From: Pristiophorus japonicus
Taxonomy: Eukaryota
NCBI RefSeq assembly: GCF_044704955.1
Contig: NC_091984.1
Location: forward strand, 146,320,001 to 146,384,000
Direction: 5' to 3'
DNA length: 64,000 nt
A program made the translations under genes and the position numbers. Below, one piece after another: positions 38,041 to 50,489 of this stretch. Below the pieces are notes generated by a model, which saw only the letters and a list, made by a program, of their open reading frames with translations, ran no database searches and was not told where the DNA came from. Each line of letters starts with the position of its first letter. The stretch's first letter is position 1.

Positions 38041-39817
38041 CATTGAGGAAGTTCCATGATTTTGACCTCCTGACGATGAAGGAACAGAATATACGTTTCC
38101 AAGTCTGGATGGTGTGTGACTTGGAGGGGAACTTGGAGGTGATGGTGTTCCCATGCGCCGGCAGCACTTGTCATTCTAAGTGGTAGAGATCGTGGGTTTG
38201 GGAGGTGCTGCCGAAGAAGCCTTGGCAAGATGCTGCAGTGCATCTTGTACATAGTACACACTGCAGCCACGGTTCGCCGGTGGTGGAGGGAGTGAATGTT
38301 TAAGGTGGTGGTGCCAATCAAGCGGGCTCCTTTGTCCTGGATGGTGTCGAGTATCTTGAGAATTGTTGGAGCTGCCCTCAGCCAGGCAAGTGGAGAGGTT
38401 CCATTGCACTCCTGACTTGTGCCTTGTAGATGGTGGAAAGGCTTTGGGGAGTCAGGAGGTGAGACACTCGCCACAGAATACCCAGCCTCTGACCTGCTCT
38501 TGTTGCCACAGTATTTATGTTAAGTTTCTGGTCAATGGTGACCCCCAGGATGTAGGTGGTGGGAGGTTTGGCGATGGTAATGCCGTTGAATGTCAAGGGG
38601 CAGTGGTTAGATTCTCTTGTTGGGAGAATGCTCATTGCCTGACACTTGTTTGGTGTGAATGTGACTTGCCACTTATCAGCCCAAGCCTGAATGTCGTCCA
38701 GGTTTTGCTGCATGTGGGCATGTGCCAGTTCATTGGATATATTCAAGAGGGAGTTAGATATGGCCCTTACGGCTAAGGGGATCAAGGGATATGGAGAGAA
38801 AGCAGGAAAGGGGTACTGAGGGAATGATCAGCCATGATCTTATTGAATGGTGGTGCAGGCTTGAAGGGCCAAATGGCCTACTCCTTCACCTATTTTCTAT
38901 GTTTCTATGCTTCATTATCTGAGGAATATTAATTAAGGAAAACCAACATAGATTTGTTGAAGGCAAATTGTGTTTAGCCAATTTGATTGAGTTTTTTGAT
39001 GAGGTAACAGAGAGGGTTGATGAGGATAATGCAGTTGACGTATTCCAAAAGACATTTGATAAATTGCCACATAATAGGCTTGCCAGCAAATTTGGAGCCC
39101 ATGGAATGGGGAATGGTAGCATAGTGGTAATGCTACTAAACTCGTAATCCAGAGACCTCAACCAATGATCCACAGACATGAGTTCAAATCCCATCACAGC
39201 AGCTGGGAAATTTAGATTTAGTTAATTAAATAAATCTGGAATAAAAAAGCTAGTGTTAGTAATGGTGACCATAGAAACATAGAAAATAGGTGCAGGAGTC
39301 GGCCATTCAGCCCTTTGAGCCTGCACCGCCATTCAATAAGATCATGGCTGATCATTCCTTCAGTTCCCCTTTCCTGCTTTCTCTCCATACCCCTTTAGCC
39401 GTAAGGGCCATATCTAACTCCCTCTTGAATATATCCATGAACTGACATCAACAACTCTCTGCGGCAGGGAATTCTACAGGTTAACAACTCTGAGTGAAGA
39501 AGTTTCTCGTCATCTCCATGCAAAATGGCTTATCTCTTATCGTCAGACTATGTCCCCTGGTTTTGGACTTCCCCAACATCGGGAACATTCTTCCCACATC
39601 TAGCCTGTCCAGTCCCGTCCCGTCAGAATCTTATCTGTTTCTATGAGATCCTCTCTCATCCTTCTAAACTCCAGTGAATAAAGGCCCGGTTGATCCAGTC
39701 TCTCCTCATATGAGAGCCCAGCCATCCCTGGAATCAGTCTGGTGAACCTTCGCTGCACTCCCTCAATAGCAAGAACGTCCTTCTTCAGACTAGATGACCA
39801 AAAATGAACACAATATT

Positions 39818-40178
39818 TGATAGATAATTCAAACTGGTTGCATTCAGACAGGCTGTGAAAATTCACAGACACCAAGTCAGAGCTGCTATGTGAGTGGGAG
39901 CATGTTGCATTAAGTCATCAATCAACTTGACATTTTAGGACTTTGGGTAGCGAGCCAATTAAAAGGTTAAAAGACGATTAATTAAGCCAATAAGGTCAAA
40001 GAAGGCGAGTTCTTTTCTGTAAATTGATCCAGGTATAAGTACAGCCATTTTGACTATGTGATATCAGAAGGACAAAGACCTGGCTTAAAGCCAAGAGCTT
40101 CTTACTGCTGCCAAAAATAAAGTGACATTAAAACTACAATCGGAGTTCGTATTTCATTGGAAATTAAGAGATCTAACA
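39818..40178 (+). repeat. ERV 5' LTR (361 bp)
   Basis: TGATAGAT...ATCTAACA terminal inverted repeat; two CCAAT boxes, TATAAG, AATAAA at 40116. Confidence 0.95.
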
Positions 40179-40182
40179 ATTT

Positions 40183-40200
40183 TGGTGTCACGAACAAGAT
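40183..40200 (+). other. Primer-binding site, tRNA-Ser(CGA)-like
   Basis: TGGTGTCACGAACAAGAT versus recalled tRNA-Ser(CGA) complement TGGCGTCACGAACAGGAT (2 mismatches). Confidence 0.7.
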
Positions 40201-40467
40201 CGCTGAGGGAAGAAACTGAATTTTGGACATCGGACCTACATACTGGGGTAAGGGCTCCTCTTTATAAAAGTCCTCAGTCAAAAGTCTAAATTCGCCTCTC
40301 CTTCTTCGTGATTCCAAAAGCCTCCGGTTTGCGAACCCTCCAGTTGGTAGTCGGTTCGAGGTCCCATAGACGTCTAAACTTCGGCGTTGTGTTAGTTAAT
40401 TAATCACCGACCTATTGATCGGCTAGAAAGCCTATGACTCGAGACTCCAGTAAAAAAAATCAGTATT

Positions 40468-42029
40468 ATGGCAGCAGGAGATAAGAGCAAAGAATTGCCT
40501 ACAACTGTTAAAGATGGGCAAGCACCACCTGAGGTTTCGCTAGATGAAATTCTCGAACAGTTGAAAGAATACATGGAGCAACAATTCAATTTATCTAAAA
40601 CCTATATTAAGATCGAACAAAAGTACGGAACCTCCAAAGGACAATGGTCCTTGGACGAGATTAAAAGGGTCTGGGGAAAAACGATCCGTATGAAAAATAA
40701 AGAGCGAACTAGATGGTCCCTAGCCGTTATGGGAACGATCCGAAACTGGAATGAAATTATAATGCGTTCCCAACCTGATCGAGAACTGACCAGTACAAAG
40801 GATCAATTGCAAGCTGTTTGTGCACAGCTGCGACAGAAAAAGCTTGAACTTGAAAAGCTGGAAGCGGAAGTTAAAGATCTTAAAGGTGAAATTAAAGAAT
40901 GGAAAAAATCATTAGGTCAAGAGACAGTAATAGGAAAAGGAAAATGTATCGGTCAATTCCCAGGGTACCCATGTTTGGATAAATTAAAAGCGCAAACCCC
41001 AAGACACGACCGAGGAATCGATACGAATTCTGAATCCTCCGACGATACAGGGTCGGAGGATGAAGAATTAGGGGTGCGCTTTGCCCCATTTAAAAAAAGA
41101 CGAGTTGTAGTCAAATCAGAAGAGACTGCGGATGAGGGCGGAACCAAAAAAACGAGGAAAAGGATGTACGAAAAATACTTGGTTCATGATCCGGCAGACC
41201 CAGAGAAAATTGATAAATGGTCCAAGGAATTGGCCAATCCAAAGAAAGGGGGAGTGAAAACGTGGGACCAATTGGACCGCTTAAGAAATATATATCAACT
41301 TCATCCCTGGGACGGAGTACAAATTTTGACCATAATGGTGCCAAAAACACAGGGAAGAAAATTGCACGACAAGGTAGAAGAAGCTTTGGGGCAGGATAAG
41401 CAAGAATTAGACACAGGGTGGGAGGTGATTAAACACTGGCTGCAAGCCTTCAGTCCAGCTAAGACAGACTGGGGAAAAATTGCAGCCTGCCAACAGAAAG
41501 GAACAGAGGAGGTCCTGGAGTATGACGAGCGGTTTAGATGCACGTGGCTGGAACATTCAGGTATGAATAATACGGATGAGGAAATGGATGAACAAGTGTT
41601 TGGACCCCTGAAAGCAGCTTTCGTGGCAGGTCTAAAGCCAGAACTGTCCAAAATGCTTAACGTAGTGTTACCGGACTGGGAAGGTCGAGGAACTACCTTT
41701 GCAGCATTGGTGGATCGATGTAACCAATTAGATCGGTATATGGGAGCTAAAGTCCGAGCTGTACAGAATATGGGATAGAAATCCCAGGATTCCGATAAAC
41801 AGTTAATGGGAAAATGACCCGGAAAATGTCATTATTGTGGGAAAGAAGGTCACTGAGCCAAGAAGTGCAGGGCAAAACAGAAAGGTCGTGGCTGGGGAAG
41901 AGGACGCAGCCAGGGATACATTCAGCCAACAAACCAGGCTTGTCACAAGCTAACGACCTCATAGAAGTGTTTAAGCGACTGACAATACAACAACAGAAGG
42001 AGTTACTTGGGATAGCAAAAAACAATTAG
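40468..42029 (+). pseudogene. gag: ERV gag: 436-codon open part, then in-frame stops and a single CCHC zinc knuckle
   Basis: MHR-like CQQKGTEEVLEYDERF, AFVAGLKPEL; CHYCGKEGH*AKKC at 41827-41868 in the same frame. Confidence 0.9.
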
Positions 42030-45000
42030 AGCCCACCCTGGCCTCCCTCCTTGCACTAATGCAACAGAGGGGAGATGGGCTATATATAACTGTGAGGGTG
42101 GGCGATAAGGATGTGGGCTATCTTTTAGACACAGGGGCGGAATTAACATGCTTACCCCTACAATATGGAGACTTTTTGCCGTTGGATGGTAGGGCACGTA
42201 CAGCCTATGGAGTTGGGGGCCATAAAATGGAAATTAAAAGGACAACACCGGTACTTATAGGGCTGTGTCCATATGAACTAGCCACGCTGGTCTGGATAGG
42301 CCCAGTAGATCAACCTCTTTTGGGAATGGACGTTCTAATCCAAATAGATTCATCGTTGCATTTCGAGGATGGTCGGGTGACATGGTCAATTGGAACTTTG
42401 AAGAAAGAAGAATTGAAGGAACACCAAATATGGGCTAAAGATAAGAACGATTGTGGCCTACGCCAGATGGAGCCTGCGTTATTTACCGGGACCAAGCCTC
42501 CATGCACTAAACAGTATCCCATCAGTCCAACTGCCATCGCGGGAATCTTACCGGTTATTCAGCAACTGGAGAAACAAGGGGTGCTTATTAAAATGCATTG
42601 CTCCTCCAATAGCCCCGTGTGGCCGATACAGAAATCTAATGAGACTTGGCGTTTGACTGTCGATTATAGGAAAGCTAACCAGTGTATTGATCAAAAAGCT
42701 CCTTTGGTCGCAGATCCCTCCACCATTTATAATGCCCTCAAACCGGAACATAAATATTTCTCGGTTATAGATATGGCCAACGGATTTTGGTCGGTGCCTC
42801 TGGCACCGGAGGTTCGACAGTGGTTTGCTTTCACGGTCCAAGGACAACAGTATACTTGGACCCGGTTACCGCAGGGTTTCCACAACAGCCCTACGGTATT
42901 CCACATGGCTTTACAAAGCCATTTGCGAGAATTACCTCCCCTGTCATCCACAGTCATCCAATATGTAGATGATATCCTGCTAGCTTCAAACACGGAAGAC
43001 CAGCATGAACAAGATTTACGAGCTTTGCTGGACCACCTTCGGCTGAAAGGACATAAAGCCAGCATCGACAAAGCACAAATATCCCAAGAAGAGGTTGTAT
43101 ACCTGGGACAAAAGATTTCACAAGGAAAGAGAGAACTTACCCAGGATAGAACTGCAGCCATTCGGGCTGCTAAAAAACCCACCACTATTCAGCAACTAAG
43201 GTCTTTTTTGGGATTGTGTAACTTTAACAGAAATTGGATTGACTCCTTCACACAGCTTGTTCAGTCACTGAATGATATTTTAAATGGGAAACGTGCCTCT
43301 AAAGAAGCCATCACCCTCACTAAGGAACAACAAGAGGCCTTCCTGAGTTTGAAAAAGGCTTTGTGTTCGGCACCGGCTCTGGGAATCCCCGACAGTGGTA
43401 AGCCATTTATCCTGTTTGTCCATGAGAAAGAAGGATATATGACAGCTATACTGACACAAGACCATGGGGATCGGCAAAGACCTATTGGCTATTATTCGGC
43501 AAAACTGGATGCGGTAGCCCTTGGATGGGGAAGTTGCCTAAGGGCCATGGAAGCTACATGTCGAGCGGTAATGATCACTGCGGGTTTAGTCCTCGACCAA
43601 AAGCTGATTGTCAAGTGTCCCCACACCGTACATGCTTTGCTGTCTATGAATAGAATGTCTCAGGTGACGGCAGCTAGATGGACCCGCTGGACAGCAGTTT
43701 TGGAAGCTCCAAATCTCCATATCGTCCGGGCCAGCCCGGTTAATCCCGCAACTATGCTCCCGATGTCAGAATCGAGGGAACAAGACGGGGGAGAATGTGA
43801 AGAGCATGACTGCGTGGAGATTTTAAAAGAAACAGAAGAAGCAGCCTTAGCAGCAGAGAAGTCTCTACACAACCCAGATCTCATCCTGTTTACAGATGGT
43901 TCCTCCTTTGTTGACAATGGTACCAGAAAAGCAGGATGGGCAGTTACAACCTTATATGAGGTAGCGGCAAAAGGATGTTTACCCTCAGGAACGTCAGCAC
44001 AACAGGCCGAGTTACGGGCCCTGTCAGAAGCATGTCGAATAGCAGAAGGACAGACAGCTAATGTCTACACAGATTCACGTTATGCTTTTGGAGTCGTTCA
44101 CGACTTTGGTCTGTTATGGCAGAAAAGAGGATTCCTCACTGCTGCTGGTACACCTATCCGAAATGGAAAAGAAGTCCGAGACTTACTGGAGGCCATACAA
44201 TTACCTCAGGAAGTGTCCATCCTGAAGTGTAAGGCCCATACAAAGGAAAATACCACAGAAGCTCAGGGAAATGCCCTAGCAGACCAGGCAGCTAAAGATG
44301 CCGCCTCACAGGGCGTTCCTCCAGAAGAACCAACACAGATGTGCAGATTGAAAGCACTCAGGACTCTGACACGAGACCTTCAAACAATGCAAGGCGAGTG
44401 CTCCCGAGAGGAAAAATGGACATGGATTGAGGCAGGAATTAAGCTATGTGAAGATGGTGTCTGAAGACAAAGAGTTACCGACAAGCCAGTCGCGCCACAA
44501 GCGCTTATGCCTTTTTTAGCCCAACAGATCCACTCGTGGGGACACTTGGCCTCACAACAGATGATGGTGCGGTTCCAGAAAAGCTGGTGGGGTTGGAGAT
44601 TTAAAAAACATTCCCAGCTGGTAACAGACCGCTGTATGGTCTGCCAGAAAAATAATTCTGGACCCATCACGGTAATGCCCCAACTGAGGCTCCCTGCCCC
44701 TGTCGGACCATTCCAGCATCTGCAGGTTGATTATATATCTCTTCCTTCATGCCAAGGATACACTAACATTCTAGTCATGGTCGACAGATTCTCTAGATGG
44801 GTAGAAGCTGTCCCAACTAAAAGAGCCACAGCCAATCAAACTGCAAAGGTCTTGTGTAAGGATTACATTCCCCGATGGGGAGTCCCGAGTAGCATTGACT
44901 CAGATCAGGGAACACACTTCACAGGTGCTGTCTGCCAAGAAGTCTGTAGGTTACTGAACATTACGTAGGATTTACACTGTCCTTATCATTCACAATCATC

Positions 45001-45465
45001 AGGACAAGTAGAACGAATGAATCGAACTCTGAAACAACAGCTTGCCAAATATCACCAAGAAGGAACATCATGGCCCCTGGCACTACCAATAGTGTTATGT
45101 AGCATTCGGGCAACCCCGAACAGAACTACAGGTCTAAGCCCATTTGAAATTATAACAGGAAGACCCATGTCGCTGCCAGGAACTATCGATTTACGGAAAG
45201 CTGATGTTCACTTAATGAGTGACACTTTGTTATCATACTGTCAGAACTTAACCAATGCTATTAGTTCTGTTTCCCGACAGGTATTGGCAGCTTGGGAGTC
45301 TGGGTGTATGTGAAAAAATTGCATAAAGAACCTTTGGGTGCCAAGTGGGAGGGACCTTATCAAGTGTTATTGACCACTCAGGCAGCTGTTAAAGTCCAAG
45401 GAAAGAAAGCCTGGATCCACGCTTCACACGTTAAACGAGCACCCATAACTGAAGCTGAAATCTAA
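42020..45465 (+). pseudogene. pol: ERV pro-pol (protease, RT, RNase H, integrase); two in-frame stops and one frameshift
   Basis: LLDTGA; LPQGFHNSP; QYVDDILL; FTDGSS; YTDSRY; H-x3-H...C-x2-C; SDQGTHF; GQVERMNRTLK; WEGPYQV; stops at 44462 and 44966. Confidence 0.95.
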
Positions 45466-45489
45466 TAAGGACAATTACTTTTTGCCAAA

Positions 45490-46841
45490 ATATATAAATT
45501 TACTGTATTACTGATTGTAGGTATTCTAGGCATAGGCCTACTTCTTACTAGCCGACCCTCTGCACCAAAGGGAAATAGTAGTGTAGCAAGGGAATTACAT
45601 GTAAATACCTTTTTATATATGTCATACATTTATGGCAAACAAGGTAACATTTCTAGTTGTTGGGTGTGTGCGCATATTCCTATTCACTCAAAGGAAGGGA
45701 TTCCCTTGAGGCCAGTTCCTTGAATATCTCGGAAATGGCTGAGTGGATAATTAATCAAAACAAAACAGGCAATGCGTTTCAGGATCAGGAAAACTGGGCA
45801 CGTAAATGAAAGTCAGCAGGTTACAATCTGACTACCTTTGAAGGGGGATACCAACCGTGCTATAATAATTCCAAACGGCCCCCATTTTTTGTTGTCACTA
45901 ATACAACGGGAATAGGAAGACCCGGGGAATTGGTCTGTCTGATTATAAACATGAAAGGAGGCCAAAATATGGGGTATAGTAACTGCTCCCGGAATTATAA
46001 CATAATCAAGCCACGGAAGCGTCCAAGCTGGGCCGATGTGGGAATTCTTAACGTAATGGGGATTCTGAATAAAACAGATGGAAAAGCCTGGACAGGCCCC
46101 GGAGTGTTGCTGACAAAGAAACAGCTGACAGTCATTGCCTATAATGGCACCTATTGGGTCTGTGGCCACAAGGCCTACCCTTGGCTGCCCCAGAATTGGA
46201 CAGGATCCTGCTATTTAGCCTACATTGTGCCTTATATGTATCATATAAAGTCACTGTCGGAACATTTACACCGTCCTAAGAGAGCTTTCACAGAAACAGA
46301 GAGGTTCTTTGCCATTCTGATCCCCAATTATGGGATCGCCACACTGGCAAGGGAATCCATTAACATGGCATCGGTTGTGGAACGGGTAGCCAATGATACC
46401 TCAGAGGCCCGAGTTAAAATCAATGCAGAAATGGTAGCAATCAGCACAGTAGCCCTACAGAATAGACTGGCACTTGATTACATCCTGGCTGAAAAGGGAG
46501 GTACTTGCGCCCTACTCGGAACTGAGTGTTGCACATATATCCCAGATAGCTCCGAACAAATTACCCACTTAACGGAGCATATACAAAAGGAGGTAGAAAA
46601 ACTTAAGCAACCCCCATCATTCACTTTGTGGAGTGGAGCTACTGAATGGCTAGGTTCAATAGGAACTTCATTGGTAGAAGGTTTAATTATATTTGTTGTA
46701 ATTATTTTACTTTTATATTGTTTGCTTATGTTGATTAAATGTTGTTGTGACCAGGCGACTTTAGCTTCAGTCCCGCAGGTGAGACACCTTGCAGGTCCCA
46801 GCAGACCATCTGTACATGGCACAGAGGTATGTTATGCTTAA
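45490..46841 (+). pseudogene. env: ERV env, gamma-type; 5' part disrupted, 3' 303 codons open
   Basis: Hydrophobic signal, CWVC (45658-45669), furin site RPKR, ISD LQNRLALDYILAEKGG, CX6CC (CALLGTECC), TM helix. Confidence 0.93.
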
Positions 46842-47104
46842 GGGAAAGTTGTTTACTGGTTGAATTAAGATATTGATTTGGATTAAATTGGAATAAGGTT
46901 AATTAACCTACTAAAACCAGACTTCCATTGTGGCCACGATGGAATTCGGGTTGGTGTAAATTTGTGTCGAAGCTACTAGTGGCGAAACACATCAACAAAT
47001 TTTAGAAGGAGACACTATTAAAATCTATGAAATTATTTTGTAGAATGTTTAACCAGTGATAGCTGATGTTTTATGATTCAGTTTGTGAAATAATCAAAGG
47101 GGTG

Positions 47105-47456
47105 AATTCAAACAGGCTGCATTCAGACAGGCTGTGAAAATTCACAGACACCAAGTCAGAGATGCGACGTGAGTGGGAGCATGTTGCATTAAGTCATCAA
47201 TCAACTTGACATTTTAGGACTTTGTGTTGCGAGCCAATTGAAAGGTTAAAAGACTATTAATTGAGCCAATAAGGTCAAAGAAGCGAGTTCGTTTCTGTAA
47301 ATTGATCCAGGTATAAGTACAGCCATTTTGACCATGTGATATCAGAAGGACAAAGATTTGGCTTAAAGCCAAGAGCTTCTTACTGCTGCCAAAAATAAAG
47401 TGACATTAAAACTACAATCGGAGTTCGTATTTCATTAGAAATTAAGAGATCTAACA
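47105..47456 (+). repeat. ERV 3' LTR (first few bases deleted), preceded by polypurine tract AAAGGGG
   Basis: Aligns to the 5' LTR with about 15 substitutions plus 1 indel by manual count. Confidence 0.95.
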
Positions 47457-48186
47457 ATATTCCAGGTGAGGCTTCACTAAGGCCCTGTACAGCTGCAGGA
47501 AGACCTCCCTGCTCCTATACTCAAATCCCCTAGCTATGAAGGCCAACATACCATTTGCCTTCTTTACTACCTGTATGCCCACTTTCAGTAACTAATGAAC
47601 CATGGCACCCAGGTCTCATTGCACCTCCCCTTTTTCTAGTTTGCTGCCATTCAGATAATATTCTGCCTTCGTGTTTTTGCCCCCAAAATGGATAACCTCA
47701 CATTTATCCACATTATACTGCATCTACCATGCATTTGCCCACTCACCTAACCTGTCCAAGTCACCCTGCAGCCTCTTAGAGTCCTCCTCACAGCTCACAC
47801 CGTCACCCAGCTTAGTGTCATCCGCAAACTTGGACATATTACACTCAATTCCTTCATCTAAATCATTAATGTACATTGTAAAGAGCTGGAGTCCCAGCAC
47901 TGAGCCCTGCGGCACTCCACTAGTCACTGCCTGCCATTCTGAAAAGGACCCGTTTATCCCGACTCTCTGCTTTCTGTCCGCCAACTAGTTCCCTATCCAC
48001 ATCAGTATATTACCCCCAATACCATGTGCTTTGATTTTGCACACCAATCTCTTGTGCAGGACCTTGTCAAAAGACTTTTGAAAGTCCAAATACACCACAT
48101 CCACTGGTTCTCCCTTCTCCACTCTGCTAGTTACATCCTCAAGTGGTTGACATTTAACTGCCCTGTGAAATGGCCCAGTGAGTCAC

Positions 48187-48947
48187 TGCAAGATGTGTGA
48201 ATTTACCTCTCACCCATCCAACAGTTTATAGAGTTCGGACCCATGGAACAGACAGCTCAAGACAAAGATTTCTGGAATAAGTTCTCTTTACTTAAGATCA
48301 ACAAGAGGTTACAAGTAAGCCTCTAATAGTACTGTTACACACAGTAATCTTGGATTATAAATAAGCCTCTAATAGCACTGTTACAAACTTTCGCAGCTTT
48401 TTTTATACCCCAAAACTGGGCAGTCCCTCAGTGTGTCCGTGTCCCATTCGATGGGAGTAATGGGCAGTCCCTCAGTGTGTCCGTGTCCCATTCGATGGGA
48501 GTAATGGGCCGTCCCTCAGTATGTGCATGTCCCATTCGATGGGAGTAATGGGCAGTCCCTCAGTGTGTCCGTGTCCCATTCGCTGGGAGTAATGGGCAGT
48601 CCCTCAGTGTGTCCGTGTCCCATTCGATGGGAGTAATGGCCGTAGATGTTCTTCTCCTCTCCTGATCAACCAACTAGACAGTTAATCAGTGGGCCTCAAA
48701 ACTGGAGACTTCATGTGTGCTGATGTTCCTGTTTCTGGGTCTGTTCTCGCAAAGCTCTCATGGTTTGAAGGCCACTATTTCCCTTACCTGTGAAACACAG
48801 CTTTCGAAGTAGCTCAACCACAGGACAGTTTGCAGCGTTCAGCAGCTTTAATGGACATTTGTGCAGCAGAAAGTCCTGTTGGCCTCGCGAGGCATGCTGG
48901 TACATAAAATCTGGTCAAGTTACAGCAAACTTGTACAAAATCTTTCC
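48187..48947 (-). mobile_element. Probable solo LTR of a second ERV family
   Basis: TGCAAGAT...ATCTTTCC termini, flanks TCAC/CCAC; minus-strand TATAAAAAA at about 48400 and AGTAAA at about 48287; splits a LINE 3' UTR. Confidence 0.6.
48417..48636. repeat. 44-bp tandem repeat, 5 copies, with TCCCAT-tcg-ATGGGA hairpin
   Basis: TGGGCAGTCCCTCAGTGTGTCCGTGTCCCATTCGATGGGAGTAA read directly. Confidence 0.95.
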
Positions 48948-49291
48948 CCACTCAGTTGTACAAACCACTATTAATAAAAGGAACAGTGGTTCTTCTCAAG
49001 GGCAATTAGGGATGGGCAATAAATGCTGGCCTTACTGGCGATGCCCACATCCCAGGAACAAATAAAACAAATAAAAGGGACAGTGGCAGCATGGATACGA
49101 AATTGGCTAAGGGACAGGAAACGGAGAGTAGTGGTGAACGGTTGTTTTTCGGACTGGAGGAAGGTATACAGTGGTGTTCCCCAGGGGTCGGTACTGGGAC
49201 CACTGCTTTTCTTGGTGAATATCAATGATTTGGATGTGAGTACACAGGACACAATTTTAAAATTTGCAGATGAAACAAAACTTGGAAAGTA

Positions 49292-49617
49292 CAGGTTGTA
49301 CCTCCCTTATCCAGAATTCCCTTATCCGGAATCACTCCTCGACCAGAACCATTCCCGGCCACTCCGACATGAACAAATTGAAGAAATTGAAGTCCTTCCT
49401 CACTGCCAACTCTCACAATCGCTGGCCTGACCCCGTGATCCACTGCCTCTCCTAATGATCTCTCTGCCACACTCTCAGCCCCAAGCCAGCCAGCCCCGAT
49501 AACCCCTTGCTCAGTACCTGTACCATCCAATTTAACATGACCATCCTTCGTCTGGAAAAATCCCTTATCCAGAACAGGCCAGGTCCCGAGGGTTCCGGAT
49601 AAGGGAGGTTTAATCTG
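49292..49617. mobile_element. Tc1/mariner-type (Tigger-like) MITE inserted in a CR1
   Basis: TA TSD on both sides; about 25-bp TIRs CAGGTTGTACCTCCCTTATCCAGAA / TTCCGGATAAGGGAGGTTTAATCTG. Confidence 0.8.
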
Positions 49618-50489
49618 TACAGTGATCAATGAGGAGGATGCTGATAGGCTTCAAAACATAGACAGGCTGGTGGAATGGGCGTAGACGTGGCAGATGAAAT
49701 TTAACGCAAAAAAGTGTAAAGTGATACATTTCGGCAGAAAGAATGATGAGAGGAAATATAAACTAAAGATTACAATCATAAAGGGGGTAGCATGAACATA
49801 GAGACCTGGGGGTATATGTGCACAAATCGTTGTAGGTGGCAGGGCAGGTTGACAAAACGATTTCAAGAAAGCATACGGGATCCTGAGCTTCATAAATAGA
49901 GGCATAGAGTACAAAAGCGTGGAAATTATGATGAACCTGTATAAAACACTGGTTTGGCCTCAACTGGAGTATTGTGTCCAAGGAGGTGAAAGCCTTGGAG
50001 AGGGTGCAGAGGGGATTTACAGGAATGGTTCCAGGGATGAGGGACTTCAGTTACGTGGATAGACTGGGGAAGCTGGGGTTGTTCTCCTTGGAGCAGAGAA
50101 CGTTGAGAGGAGATTTGACCAAGGTGTTCAAAATCATGAGGGGTCTGGACAGAGTAGATAGATAGAAACTGTTCCCATTGGCTGAAGGGTCGAGAACCAG
50201 AGGACACAGATTTAAGGTGATTGGCAGAAGAACTAAAGGCGACATGAGGGAAAACTTTTTTACACAGCGAGTGGTTAGGATCTGGAATGCGCTGCCTGAA
50301 AGCCTAGTGGAGACAAACTCAATCGTGGCTTTCAAAAGGGAATTGGATAAGTCCCTGAAAGTAAACAATTTGCAGGGCTACGGGGAAGGGGGATTGGGAC
50401 TTGCTGAAGTGCTCTTGCAGAGAGCTGGCACATGCTTGATGGGCCGAATGGCCTCCTCCTGTGCTGCAACCATTCTATGATTCAGTGAG

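Larger units (their letters stand above)
39818..47456 (+). mobile_element. Endogenous retrovirus, full LTR-gag-pol-env-LTR structure, defective, inserted in a CR1
   Basis: TG...CA termini, ATATT TSD (39813-39817 and 47457-47461), paired LTRs, PBS, PPT, gag/pol/env motifs. Confidence 0.97.

Noticed and set aside
48417-48636. CRISPR-like hairpin repeats
   Set aside because: No spacers; lies inside a probable LTR
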